A stretch of DNA of 64,000 bases from Paragordius varius (lineage: Eukaryota; Animalia; Nematomorpha): assembly GCA_964247055.1 (NCBI GenBank), contig OZ176050.1, positions 3,038,001-3,102,000 of the forward strand. The letters are read 5' to 3'. The notes under the pieces are model-generated. The model saw only the letters and a list, made by a program, of their open reading frames with translations, ran no database searches and had not been told where the DNA came from. The stretch's first letter is position 1; each line of letters opens with the position of its first letter. Both the position numbers and the translations under genes were made by a program. Positions 13,254 to 26,188 of this stretch are shown here, piece after piece.

Positions 13254-15015
13254 CTAGCTAGCCCTGACACGCTTCGCTGTGACGTAGTCTCTCCGATAAT
13301 TATTTTTAATAATTTGCAATAAATAGAGGTAATGGAGATAAAAAATAATAAAAAACATATTTAATAAAAAGAATATCTTTAAATGTTCTTTTACGGGCTT
13401 TTGCATAGCTTCAAATGTTGTTTGCTGGAAATCGACCATATTTAAACTGTTCCTTATTAAAGCTAATATCAACTACTTTATTTTAAGACTTTGGTTTTAC
13501 GAAATCATGGTTAAAAGTTTTTTTGAAATTGGGGTTACACAGCTGGGATCAAGGGATATAAAAATAAATAATTTGTGGTGCCTTTTGAAAAGAAAGAATG
13601 ATATACAAATTTCCCAGAATATTTTTAACTGAACTCGTATGGCTTCATATATTTTTGGAAATTAGCTCCTAAATCACGCAATTTTTGTATGGCCAGTTTT
13701 AAACAGGTAGACCCCTACCCATAGACCTATATGGAAAAAGAGCGGAGTTAAATACTTTGCCTTTATAGACAAATATTTGAAATCTTCTTTGATACCATCG
13801 TTTCATAAATTATTCGAAAAATACCTCAACACTAAATAATCGTTATATGATGGCGTATTTTTACAGCTTAAAAGCCCCAAATCAACGACTAATGAAAAAA
13901 TGCCTGACCTTATTTCTACCTGGTTACGGGTAATATTTGAAGCTTTTAATGAGGTCATATAGCTTTTTAAATTTTCTGTAAACTAGCTCCAAACAACCCA
14001 ATTACTATATAGAGGCGCAGTTTTTGGCGGCTTACCCAAGGGCAGGTATTAAAAATCGTAGGGCAAAATTTTGCCTTTATATGGGGAATATCTGGAATTA
14101 TCATGAATTCCATATGTTCCTATTAGTCAGATAGGTTTTCTGAAATTGGGCTCCAAACAGCATGCTGTATCGATATGGTGATGCAGTTTTACGCGGATAG
14201 CCTCCTACAGGGGCTAAACAAAAAAACGCTCAATTTTTTTCATTTGGGTAATACCTGGAATTATAATTGATTTCATATGGTTACATTAGTTTCGAAAAAA
14301 TCGCCTCACAACTAGAAAATCATTTTATGGTAGGACATTTTTCATGGCGTGAACGGCCTAATTGAGGGCTAATTTTAAAAAACCGCACGACCTAAATTTT
14401 TGCCTTGTTACGGGTATTATTTTAAGCAGCTATTGAACTCATTTGAGCTGATAGGTTTTTTGATTAGCCCCAAAGGCACGCTATTTCGATATGATGGGTC
14501 AGTTTTTACGGGTATCTCTTTACCCGGCAGCCAATATAAAAGAAACGCTAGATTAAATTTTTTGCCTTTTAACAGGGAATACCTGGAATCCTAATTAAAT
14601 TTTTACGGTTCATACCTTGGGCGAAAATTAATTCAAAAAATTATTTTTGTGGAAAGTTTTTTGAAAATGGCATTTTACCGAGGGAGCCGGTAAAAAGAGG
14701 GCCTAAATTAAAAAAGCGAGCCGACTATGTTTGGCGCAATTAAAAAAAGTAAAAAAATCATATTTGAAATCAAATGGTCTAAGAAATTTTCCGGAAATTG
14801 TCAAAGACACAAGTTTTGTGGACTCGTGTTTTCAAAAAACCCGTTTTTTGCACGGGGTAGGCTCGAACTGGTGGCCTAATTCATAAAAGGGGCCAAGCTA
14901 TTGTTGGGGCATTCATAAATGATTATATTTTTCGACATTTGGATTTGAATGGGTGTACCGGTTTTCCGGAAACAGATCACCAAGCCACCACTTTCCATTT
15001 CTATAAATATATAGA
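13254..15015 (-). mobile_element. Non-autonomous Helitron, copy 1
   Basis: On the minus strand it starts TCTATATATTT (15015) and ends CTAG (13254), with a GC-rich TTCG-loop hairpin just inside the 3' end. It sits between A and T with no TSD. It has internal degenerate repeat units and is homologous to 38765-40051. Confidence 0.8.
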
Positions 15016-15188
15016 TTACACAGTGGTGAAATTGGGGGTAAATTTTTCTTTAGGATATCACACCGAACACCGTTGTGACATCTAAATATCAAAAATACAA
15101 GGATAAAAATTGACAATACAGAAATTTTTTTTCCTAATTTTTCAATATATGGTTATAATCGGAAAAAGTCAATTTATTTGCATAATAC

Positions 15189-15552
15189 CAGGGGTGTAAC
15201 TTTCATTTCTAGAGCCGGGTGCCTTAATATGTAAGGGCGCCCCTTTCCCCTCCACTCAACCCCTTGCATTTTAAAAATTTTATTAAATATAAACCGTGAA
15301 AAAAAAGATGCACATTCAACTCGCAAATGTATCAGTAATAAAAAATAATATTGGTTTCTGCACGAAAAGTTCGTCTTAAATATAGATGTTGTATAAAAGC
15401 AGTATTTAAACTGCATTCAAATGCGTGGCCAGACTAAAAAAAATTGAATGGCTTGCGTCCGAAAAAGAGTGGCAATCCTAGGTATTAATAACATCAAAAA
15501 ATGTCACAAAAGTTTAATATCAATTTACTGCATCCTTAGACGTAAATATAGC

Positions 15553-15584
<32 letters not shown>

Positions 15585-16506
15585 ATCCACATTTATTTCT
15601 TTATCCTACTCTATTGTATGGATATTGACGAAAAATATCGAGGCGCCGTTGTTAGGCAGAAGTTTTGTTAAATTATAAGTATTAAAAATATTGCGGCCCA
15701 GTTGTTGAGAGGTGATTATTATCTAAAAAGATGGTGTGTTTTTGATAAAATTACAACCTATTAAAAAAATGGCGGCCTAGTTTAGCAAGATGTGTTGTTA
15801 AATTATTAGTATGAAAAGCTTTTGTTGTCGGAATACAATGTCTAAAAATATTGGGCCGCCGTTGTTGGAAAAGTATAATTTTTTATTATGATTATTAGCA
15901 TTATGCAAATTAAATTGCAACTGTCTCTTAATTTTTGCCCAATATAATTTTCTTTTAATTTTTGTTTACTATGAAACCGCTAAGTTTAGGCATTCCTGAT
16001 AATAATAATTTAATGAAATAAATTATTTTACCCTTTGAGATTATATTACGGAAGAAAATGATTGGAATAAAACTTTAAAATATTAAAGCTTTAGTATAGT
16101 AAAAAACGGGAATCTAAACCGGAACGAAAGAAAATTAACATAAAATTAATAATGATCTTATCCTTATATCGACACTTTGGTGATTTAAAGCAAATATTTT
16201 AAGGTAGGGTGCATGAGTGATATGAACAGGCTGAGGTTATGAAAGGTAGGCGCTTGAAGATAAAGTGAAAAGATATAAATCAGGATATGAAACAGTTGGT
16301 TAGATTTTTATATTGATATACTAAATGAAAATTATTAAGATTAAAGGTCATGACCACTCATAAATGGATGATTTTTTTGTTTTAATTAAAATAATAACTC
16401 TCAGATGGCTATTTTTTAAAATGAAATTAAATTTTTTTAAATCCGGCACCCCATGAACTATGGCACCCGGTCAGCCCCCCTTTTAATCCCCTTAGCTACG
16501 CCACTG
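15189..16506. mobile_element. Probable old hAT-type non-autonomous element
   Basis: Imperfect TIR CAGGGGTGTAACT / AGCTACGCCACTG. Flanks CATAATAC / CATGATCA match at 5 of 8 bases. Internal degenerate repeats at ~15630-15880. Confidence 0.4.
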
Positions 16507-17053
16507 CATGATCAAAAATTATAAAACTCGTATATGATAAATTTGCAAATTTTGGCTCAATATGAATGAATATATTTAATTAAGTTATTTTATCTAAATT
16601 TAACCCTTAAAAATAGCAACAAAAAAATATTTAATATATATTTTATATTTATATTATATTGAGGGTCCTGTTTGTTTTAAAAATATTTTGAAACCGAAAA
16701 ATTGTTAATGCAGCTGATAGTTTATTTATGACTTTTGCATATCAAAAGAAAACAGCTACCTATTTGTTAATGGATATAATTAATATAGCAATCAGCTCCA
16801 TTTTTTATTAAATTATTCAAGCGTTTATGCGGATTTGCTAAATTTTATTATTTTATCGAAAAGATCCGAACATACTATATTCGTCTTTAAATACCTATGA
16901 ATGTGAATATTTTCTCGTTAATATATTTTAATTGCTAATATCTTTTAAATTATGCCATATATATGAAAAGCAAATAATTAAGTATCCAACAAGATTACAT
17001 ATAATTTGATGTCAAAATTTAATACGATAATTTTAATATGTTATGATTTAAAC

Positions 17054-18976
17054 CAGTGATACTCAAACCGCGCCCGCGGGCCGCATGCGGCCCTAAGGGT
17101 GCTTTAAAATTGCCCTATGACCATATTGATACAAATTATTTTTTTTATTGATAAATTTTTAAAATTTACATTAACGAATTGTCGCTTACTAGATTTAATT
17201 TTGGTAATTTTTATTTTTTACCCAATTTGAAATGTAGAAAATTTTCCTACATTAAAATGATTTAAAAATTTTGACACACGTTGTTTCTGTTTCTGTAATA
17301 TATTTTTCTATTTTAAAATTTTATTGCATTCCCTTTTTGTATTTAAGCAAGCCTTTTACCCAAACTTGCCAAGAAAATTTATATAGCTTTTTCACAGGGA
17401 TAAGCTGTGTAGCTTCGTATGAAATTTGCTATATTTTAAGATAAAATATGAAACGTTTACTGACTCCTTACTAATAAAAGAATATCTAATAAATGATTGC
17501 TTTTTTATTTGATAAATTCCATAACGATCAGATCATGAAGCAAATTAAAATTTAACATTCTGATTCAATTGTGCTCGACGCATTGAAATTTTTAACAATA
17601 CATTATTGGCTCTAAAAAACTGCAAATATTTTATTATTGCTATTCATTCTAGGCACTTCGTGAGATTTTGCAACAACAACATAATCAACGAGGAATATTT
17701 AAAATTTATCAATGAATAATACCTCAAAAGGAATTAATTTTCTGAAAATAATTAGCATTTTTTTCGATAATAATGGTATATCTATGAAAAAATTGGTTTT
17801 AATCTGCACGGATGTCCCTCTATGATAAAACAAAGGATTTATTCCTTTTCTGAAAAACAAATATAATTTGCATTGAATCAGTAATTAAAACGGTTGTGGA
17901 TATAGTTAACCTGTGGCAGAGAATTCAACCGCCGTAAATTCTACTAAAAACCTTCTTAAAGATATCCACGGTGAGTTTGGTAATATCTTTTTGTACACCG
18001 CTGTGAGATGACTATATCAAATTTAATAGATTTTTTATTTTAAGACATGAAATTTTATTATTTATAAAAGATATCAGAAAGTTTGACGAGGATTAATAGT
18101 GACAAGTGGGTGTTATCAACTTACCCTTGCGACATTACTCACAATCTTAGTATTTTTAATAAGAGTCTTCTAGGGAGCAAAATAATAACCCAATTCGCTA
18201 ATCATATTTTCTTTTGAAAAATTAGTAATATATAAAGAAGATTTTATAAATAAAACACTCCTATATTTTCCAACACTTAAAACAATTCATGTAGTAAATA
18301 TGGAATTACCACGAAAATTAATTTTAAAATAATCAATCATTTAACATTTTTATCTAATGAGATGAAATTCAGTTAAGACTTAAGAAATATCGATTGCTTA
18401 AACTCGTTGAAAATCCATGCATATGGATATATCTAATATTAAGCAACTCTATTCGGTTATGATCAGGCGCATATAATTCGTAGATTTTAAAAATATCCAA
18501 TTCGGAAACTAGTTCAAGGAGAATCGTAGAGAAGAAAGATATGTAGAGTTTTGGCAAGATGTGCCAAATAAATATGAAAATATAAAAAATGTGCTCAAGT
18601 TATCTTAACTGTTTTTCCTTCAACTTACACGTGTGAGACGGCATATTCAAAAATGATGTATGTCAAGAATAATAGATATCGCTGAATGATCAAATGAATG
18701 ACATATTTTAAGATTGGCCTGTCAATGAGGCGAAATTATTGGTTAACATCAAAATAAATATTGTTATAATATTGTATTTTTTTAAACTAAATGGTGCAAT
18801 ACGAGTTTTTAGCTGGATTTACATGCGATCCGCGAAAAATTCATTGTGCTGATTTAGAGTATAAATAAGTGCATATGTCAAATAGCTTTGGGATTTTTGC
18901 CATTATTAGGCATATGGCCCTCGAAAAAAATATATATATTATTTGGCCCGTCAAATTTTTTTGGTGAGTACCACTG
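17054..18976 (+). mobile_element. hAT (Buster/Charlie-type) transposon with decayed transposase
   Basis: TIR CAGTGATACTCA / TGAGTACCACTG; perfect 8-bp TSD ATTTAAAC (17046-53, 18977-84). Transposase relics: ICTD (~17805), HTAVR*L (~17996), VFPSTYTCETAYSKMMYVK (18611-18667; hAT dimerisation domain). Confidence 0.92.
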
Positions 18977-19329
18977 ATTTAAACTCTTGATGTAGACTTT
19001 CACTTTTTAAATATTAGTTTAAATTTTTTGCTTGATAATTAAAAAATTATAAATATTAATAATCAGCTGTTTAGCGCATTTTGGCTTTTTGCATTTATTT
19101 CGCCTATATCATACTTTGGTTTCTAATTATTTTGTTGGATCTGATAATTCATTTACCAAATCTACTAACTTAATTTTCCTCAAGCTAAAATGGACGCTTT
19201 GCGTTTTAAACAAAATAAATATGGATAGGTCTCTAAATTTTAATTCTTCGAGACACAAAAGACGCCATCTAAATATAAAAAGGATAGTTATGTTTTAGTG
19301 TATAAAAATCAAGTTACATATAAATATAT

Positions 19330-20010
19330 ATAATAAATATGTCTACCTATAACATTCAAGACAAATGTATTTTTAAATTTGTGAATATGCATATTGGTCT
19401 ATTTTCGGGATCGCATATGCCAAAAATATTGTTGGAAATAAAGTAATTTGCCTATCAAGGCTATTAGTTATATTGCTATAATACTGTTTTAAACACAAGA
19501 TGAGGTTAATTTTTGTCGCATCAAAATAATTTTATATAAATATAATTGAAAAAATGAATTCGTCCAATTAAACATCTTTTTACAGGTGTTTAATTTTCCA
19601 TACTTCATAACACATACCAGATGTCATTTTTAAAAGAATATTTACTAGGTCCCATTAAATAAATTATTGTAAAGAAATATATTTTTTGGATGAATTATTT
19701 GGATATTGCTGTGAATATATAAAATCACACTTGTGCTTAAAAACCACACTATTAATAGTTTTCTGAAAAATACTCTCAATAAAATCCCTAAAAGTTTTAT
19801 ACATATCTAAATTTATTGTTGTAAACTCTGCGCATAAATTAGCATACAATATTGAATAAGTTGTCTCTAGAGAGATTTTCGGATTACCATTTTATATAAA
19901 TAATACTTTGGTGACACCATCATTAATAATTTAAAAGTCCGTTCAAATTAAAGTTTTCAACGTTGTCACTTGTTTAGTTTTACAAAGAGGGGAATGAACC
20001 CTGATGCTAA
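19330..20010 (-). pseudogene. Decayed eIF4G-like MIF4G domain fragment
   Basis: Collinear motifs across frameshifts and stops: IRVHSPLCKL (RRVRSILNKL), SILYANLC (SVAYANMC), TFRDFI (NFRKLL), KRCLIGRIHFF (RRSLGNIKFI), LIALIGKLLYFQQYFWHM (LLTTIGKDLD..DQYFNQM). Confidence 0.6.
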
Positions 20011-20434
20011 AATTATTTATACAAAATTTTATAATATCCATCTAGCTATTTTGTGATACTTTAATATTTAAAAATTAAAAAATATGCAAATTTATGGAAA
20101 ATATTTAAAATATCAATTCCTATTCTATTAATTTATATGTACCCATTAAAGGACAACGGGTGCATCTTAAAGCTAAACAGATAGATAAGTTACTGGGGGG
20201 GGGGGGGTGGCGATTTCAAATACATAATCAATCAATGTTAAATGTACATGGTGTCTAAAATTTGGACACATAAATTATTTTTGTCTTTTTAGTATTTGTT
20301 TATAAAAATATTCATCAGCTTTTTGAACGCGAAGAAATTGGGGATTACATTATAGGGAAAACCCAAAACACTGAATTAAAGCGGCCATATTTAATAAAAT
20401 ATTTATTCATGGTTAAAACGCTGCAAATTTGTAG

Positions 20435-20600
20435 ATGATTGGAAATTGTCATGAATTTATACGTTTTTTATATATCACCTATGTGATGAGAGCCGATAAA
20501 ATGGGAAAAGCGACCATGTTAGGCCCAGTAGAAGGAACTAGAAAATTTGTTAGGCCTAAGCTACTATATTTATTTTGGACTAAAAAAAATACAGCACATT
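20435..20600 (+). mobile_element. 3' fragment of an RTE-type non-LTR retrotransposon
   Basis: Translation YVMRADKMGKATMLGPVEGTRKFVRPK resembles the RTE C-terminal motif GHVMRR..LEK..MLG.VEG.R.RGRP. Confidence 0.55.
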
Positions 20601-21113
20601 CAATCCATCAACTCGCTCAGGGATATATCAACAAAACGCTATAGTCCAAGCGTCAAAACTGCCCCAAATTTTTTATGCAAACAAAGTGATATTTATCATC
20701 ATATAAGATATTTAACAAGTAGCATCTGAAACGCAACATTTAATTAAAATGTATCAAAATAGGTTAAAGATTTTGTGAGGGTATTTAAGATCGAAAAACA
20801 AAGTTAAACATTATCAATTCAAACCACAGTTTTTTAGTTATTCCAACTTTCTATCAATAACATATAAATTGGCTATCATAGGAGATTATATATGCTTTTT
20901 TATGTATCAACCCAAATATCATTTCGCAAATTTTGAAAAGTTTTTGGTAGGTATCTAACGGGTTGTTTTATCAAACCAAAAATCAAAAAGTCGTTAAAAA
21001 ATCTGAAAAACTATCTTAAAGTCGGTGGTTGTGTTTAAAATTATAATAAGCATTAATAATATTTTATAATATATTTTTGAATTCAAAACCATCGAAGCTG
21101 AAAAAAATAAAAG

Positions 21114-21145
<32 letters not shown>

Positions 21146-21444
21146 ATAGCAATTTTTAAAGTTTTGACAATTTATAATTATTTAAATTTATAACATTCAT
21201 ATACAGCTGATCGCCTTATATCATTGTTTTAGATTTTTTCGGATATCCAACCCAACACCCAAGTTTCCAATTGTGAAAACTGGCTGAGTTCAACTATGTA
21301 AAAACATAAAAATGTCTAACTACATTTAAAACCCTTAATATGGCGTATTTACAGAATATTATATAAGCCTTTTCATACCTATAAGTAAGGTCTTACCGAT
21401 TTATTAGGCGTTTTATATGTGATATTAGTTGCATCGATTTAAAC

Positions 21445-22235
21445 CAGTGGTTCCTAATAGGCTGGCAGGCAACGCAGTAGAAAATATGGGGTTGGGGGGA
21501 AGGGGGCGAAAAATTTGGAGAAATGACCTTAAATTTATGTTAATAAGCATAATGTGTACTATTGTTGATAATTTGTTTATTTTTAATTATAAACATTCAC
21601 CTTAAATTTTTACATCAGTTTTACAATAGTTAAAATTAGTGTTACTAACGCCATGATTCGGCGCTCTTTATAATTAAAGCTGCTCCCGTGTCTGATTGCC
21701 TTATATCTAATTTTAGATAATACTGTAAAAAATATTTATTATTTATTTATAACAAATATAAATTTATGTATATTATTATCTATTAAATTGCAATTTTTAT
21801 CTATTAGGTTTATAACTAAATAAGTATCTTATGACTATTTTACAAACTACTGACTGATATCCGTATTTTGGGTTTAATTTTTTTATGTGCATTTATGACG
21901 CCCACCAAATTGATTAAATCTGAAAGCTGTCGATTTTCTAAATAAAAATTCCAAAAACATTAGTAAACCTAAATTTGGCGTACTATCATATATGATACAT
22001 GAATATTTTTTGCTGCTAAGATTATTATTTCAAAAACTAATGGTAGTTTTGAGCAAAATTGACAAAAAATCACCGAACAAAATTTTCTAGGATTTGTTGA
22101 ATCCGTATTCATTACAAAATCAAAAGCAATGGGCTCCCACCAGGGCACTTTAAAAAATTGAGCTTATAACTTTTATAAAGAAAATAAAAGATTTGATAAT
22201 AAAGGCGATGCTGGCAAACAAAAGGTTTGGGAATG
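21445..22235. mobile_element. Degenerate hAT MITE-like element
   Basis: Left end CAGTGGTTCCTAA follows ATTTAAAC. A partial right end AAAAGGTTTGGGAA lies near 22220-22234; the terminal bases are missing. Confidence 0.35.
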
Positions 22236-22683
22236 TTATGTTTTATATCTTATTTGGATGGGTAAAATAATAATAATAAAAATCATAAAAATTAAATAAA
22301 TCTAGTCCCTAATCAATATATAGTTTTTTTATAATTAAAAATTATTTTTTGTTTACCCGGAAAATTGATTATTATGACGATGTCAAATCTTACTTACTTT
22401 TTATAAGTAGGTACAATGACAGTAATTTTTTATGTATTAGTTTATAATACCACATTATTTAATACGATAATTTTAAAAATGCGGCAAATTAATTCGATTG
22501 CATACAATTTGTCCACATGACCTTTTAAATAGATATATAGATATATAAATATATCAACTTGATGTAAAATTACACCCAAAACATATATTTCACCTTGAAT
22601 TCAGCTCTTTTTGACATAAATTATCTCTTTTATTCAGGAGATATGTGCATAATAAATCCTCCATATATATAAATATATATATA

Positions 22684-22987
22684 CCAGCAATTCAATTCAC
22701 CCTTAAACAATTCAAATTCACCCTTGAACAATTCAAATTCACCCTTAAACAATCCAAATTCACCCTAAAAATAAATTATATGTTTTCGGGCTTTTATAAC
22801 TCACCATTAATATAAAATATATTCTTAAGGCATAGTTTATTTTTTAGTATTATATCAATTTTGGACAAAATTTGATTTTTTAAAAAATATAAAAAAATAT
22901 AGGTAATTTTTAAAATTAAAACACGCATAATTTATTTTAGGGTATATTTGAATTGTTCGAGGTTCAAGGGTGAAGAACTGTGAATGG
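22684..22987. repeat. Foldback-like element A with 21-bp modular inverted arms
   Basis: About four copies of CACCCTT(G/A)AACAATTCAAATT at ~22690-22770 and an inverted degenerate arm at 22936-22987. Both ends abut TA runs. Confidence 0.7.
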
Positions 22988-23817
22988 TATATATATTAAC
23001 ATTTTTTACAAATATGATTTTGGAATAATTAATTGTACCGAATTTATATGTATAAATTAACATTTTGTTAATTAGCTCGCAGTTCTTAAAGATCTTTAAG
23101 CGACCGTCACTTATGGCTAAAGTTTAGACACGTTTATTTAAGTGGCCAACCTCAAATTTTTATAGTGACTAATTTATTATTTAATATGTAAATAAACGGA
23201 TGTTAAAAATTTAATTATAAATTTTTTAATCATTTTTAATTAAAAACACTTCAGCCAAGACATATATATTGTCATTAAAAAATATATTACATGACTTTTA
23301 AATAACATTTTGGAAAATACAAAAACAAATTAAAAATATATAACAATTTTTATCTTGTTTCTACTTAACTTTGCACCTAGGTAATAAAATATTTATCGAT
23401 TTTCCCAGTACGAAACCAACAGGTTTTTTCCCACCTTAATGTATAACGATATTATTATATTTTTTAATTTAAAATCGATATTTTAGCCAAGGTATAGTTC
23501 CTATTAACTTAACATTACCCACCCAAATTTTTCTCTTTGGGTCAAATTAAATAAAAATTAAAAACAGTTTAAATGTGCAATTTTTTTTAATTTATCGAAT
23601 ATATAAATAAATTCTTTGTTAATAGGGTCGTCAAAAAATATTTTAATTGTACAACCTATTGGTTTATGCAGCGGGGATCACAAAATAAGTTATATATTTC
23701 TGTGATAATATAAAATGACGCCATTTAAGCCTCTATCTGTTTATTTTATTTGGGACACAAAATGAAAAAAATATTACTATTTATATTATTAATTAAATTA
23801 TTTATAAGGGTAATAGG

Positions 23818-23860
<43 letters not shown>

Positions 23861-24123
23861 TAATTTCGTTTAAAAGGTACAGAGAAATCTACGCCTTTTC
23901 CACCATATTTGTCTCTATATCACATTTTTTAACCTCAAAATATATTTTTTTGTATTGTTTTAATATATTTGGGTATTCCATGTTGTGGATAACAATTTTC
24001 GAAATTCAAATATTTAAAATCATTTTTATTATAAAAATGTAAAAGGAAATAAATTATTCAATAATAATTAATTCTTGGATCTAGTGGATACTAAAAGGTA
24101 ATTTTTATTATAATAATTAATAA

Positions 24124-25226
24124 CACTAGACAACAAATTTTTCTGCCACTCGAGTTTTTTGCATTTTTTGATATTTAATATCATTTTAACAGTAAATCTG
24201 AAATAAAAATTTTAACTCGTTGGAAGAATTTTGTATAATTTAATTTTTTTGATTATGCGCCCTCTTTATCAAAATTTTACTAAAAAATGTTTTTCTTTGA
24301 AAATATACAAGTAATGCCCATTTGTAATATATCATTCAAAAGAGTATTAAAAACTCGATAAAATGTATACTAATATGTATTACATCGACAGTTAATATTG
24401 GACAGAAAGAGCGACAAACGCGCGAAGCGAGAGCATTTTTTTTAATTATTATATTTTAAAAACTAATGGATGAAAATAGCTCAAAGATGGAGATGAATGT
24501 CCAAAAAAGATAACACAAGAAAGTTTTTTTGATTAAAACATTTTTTATTGCTTTTATGTCACTCAAAACAGCCATTTTTAAGTTATTTGTTTTTTAAAAA
24601 TTACCATTTCATCAATATTAATTTATTTTCTTTACAAGGCTGATAATTTCGTAAATTTAAAGATAAAAACAAAGTTTAAGGATTTTACCTAGTGGATACT
24701 AAAATGCATAGTTATAACTGTAAATATATTACATAATGGCTATAAATGATCTATGATAATAAATTTTTTTATTAAAAAAGCAAACCAAAAGCTTTTCCAA
24801 ACATGTTTTTAAATTAAATACTAATATAACCCTAATAATTATATTAAAATAATTTATATGATTTTCAAATTAGTTTGTCTGTGAAAATTCTTGACTTATT
24901 TAAAGATTGAAAATTTTGACCATTTAAATTCAAATAACTTTTACATCCGATGGAGTTAAATGACTTACTACCATTTAAAAGATGCAGTTTTTTGCGCTCT
25001 TTCGAATGATATAAAATACATGGCTTCATATCTAAAACTTTAAATTTTCGAAATTTCGAGTTTAATGTTAAATCGGGGCCAAAAATATCGATAAACTCTA
25101 ATATAAAAAAATTCTTCCATGTAAGACCAATTTTCTTTTCAGATATACTAATTATGTACTTTAATGAAATAAATTTTAAATTTACAAGAATGGCAGTTAA
25201 AAAAAGTTAAAATTTGTTGTCTAGTG
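24124..25226. mobile_element. Non-autonomous CACTA-like DNA transposon
   Basis: Perfect 18-bp TIR CACTAGACAACAAATTTT; 3-bp TSD TAA on both sides; no ORF. Confidence 0.75.
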
Positions 25227-25923
25227 TAATTAAGTTAACATAAAGCAGATTCGTTGTAATAGAAGAGATAATTTAGAATCCAAAAATATGCCAAAAAATG
25301 ATATACGAACTAAAATATTTAATTTATGTATTAAATTTTTAAAGCGCGTTTATTTGGCTTTCATTATGAAATCGACCTAAATGATATGACAAATTGAACA
25401 TGTCTAAATATTATTCCCATTTATATGTGTTTAAATTTAAAAAAATTGTTGTAAACAAAGCACTTAAAATTTACCATTATATCATTAAATAAAATAATCT
25501 AATTAATATAGCAGATAATATCAGATTACCAAATGGTGTCAATTTTTAGTTCGCTCTGCTGCGGAGAATTAAAAAGAGTCATGAGAACTTTAGACTTTTT
25601 CGGGAAACGCTTATAATATGATTGAAAAAATTAGGAGAAGCCAAAAAGCTTATAATTATTAATGTACAGACCATAAGATAGAAAATTTCTATTTGCAAAA
25701 ATATATATTCAAAAGTTTAATAAAATTCATATTTTTTGACCAAATCTGAATAAGTTTTTTTATTGGCAACGAACTCAAAAAATTGGTGAAATAAATCGTA
25801 TTTATATTGCGTTTGCATTTTTTGCAGTTTTAAAATTAAAGTCTAATAATGAAATATTCATTAATATCTACTTATCTATCTAATGCGGCCCGCGAAATCA
25901 TTTGTGTTGAAACCCCCTTAAAC

Positions 25924-26188
25924 CAGGAGTGTTTGACACGTGGCCCTTCAAGTTATGTGCGGCTGCAAAAAATTTGGAAATCCATGATTTGCAAAAATAT
26001 GCTCACAAAATCTAGGGAAAATTGATATTTTTAAACATTTTTTTTGTTATATTGTGTTTGCATTTTACAGTCTTACGTTTGAAACTTAATAAATTTTCTA
26101 TGAATACCCATATATATATTTTAAATGCGGCGCGTCAGATTTTTTGAGTTATAATGTGGCCCGGGTAGCCATTCGTGTTGGCACACTG
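25924..26188. mobile_element. hAT MITE (CAGG..GTGT..AA / CGGCCCG..GTGTTGG..CTG family)
   Basis: Ends CAGGAGTGTTTGAC and GTGTTGGCACACTG; internally similar to 57816-58115. The right end of another copy lies directly upstream (~25885-25917). Confidence 0.6.
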
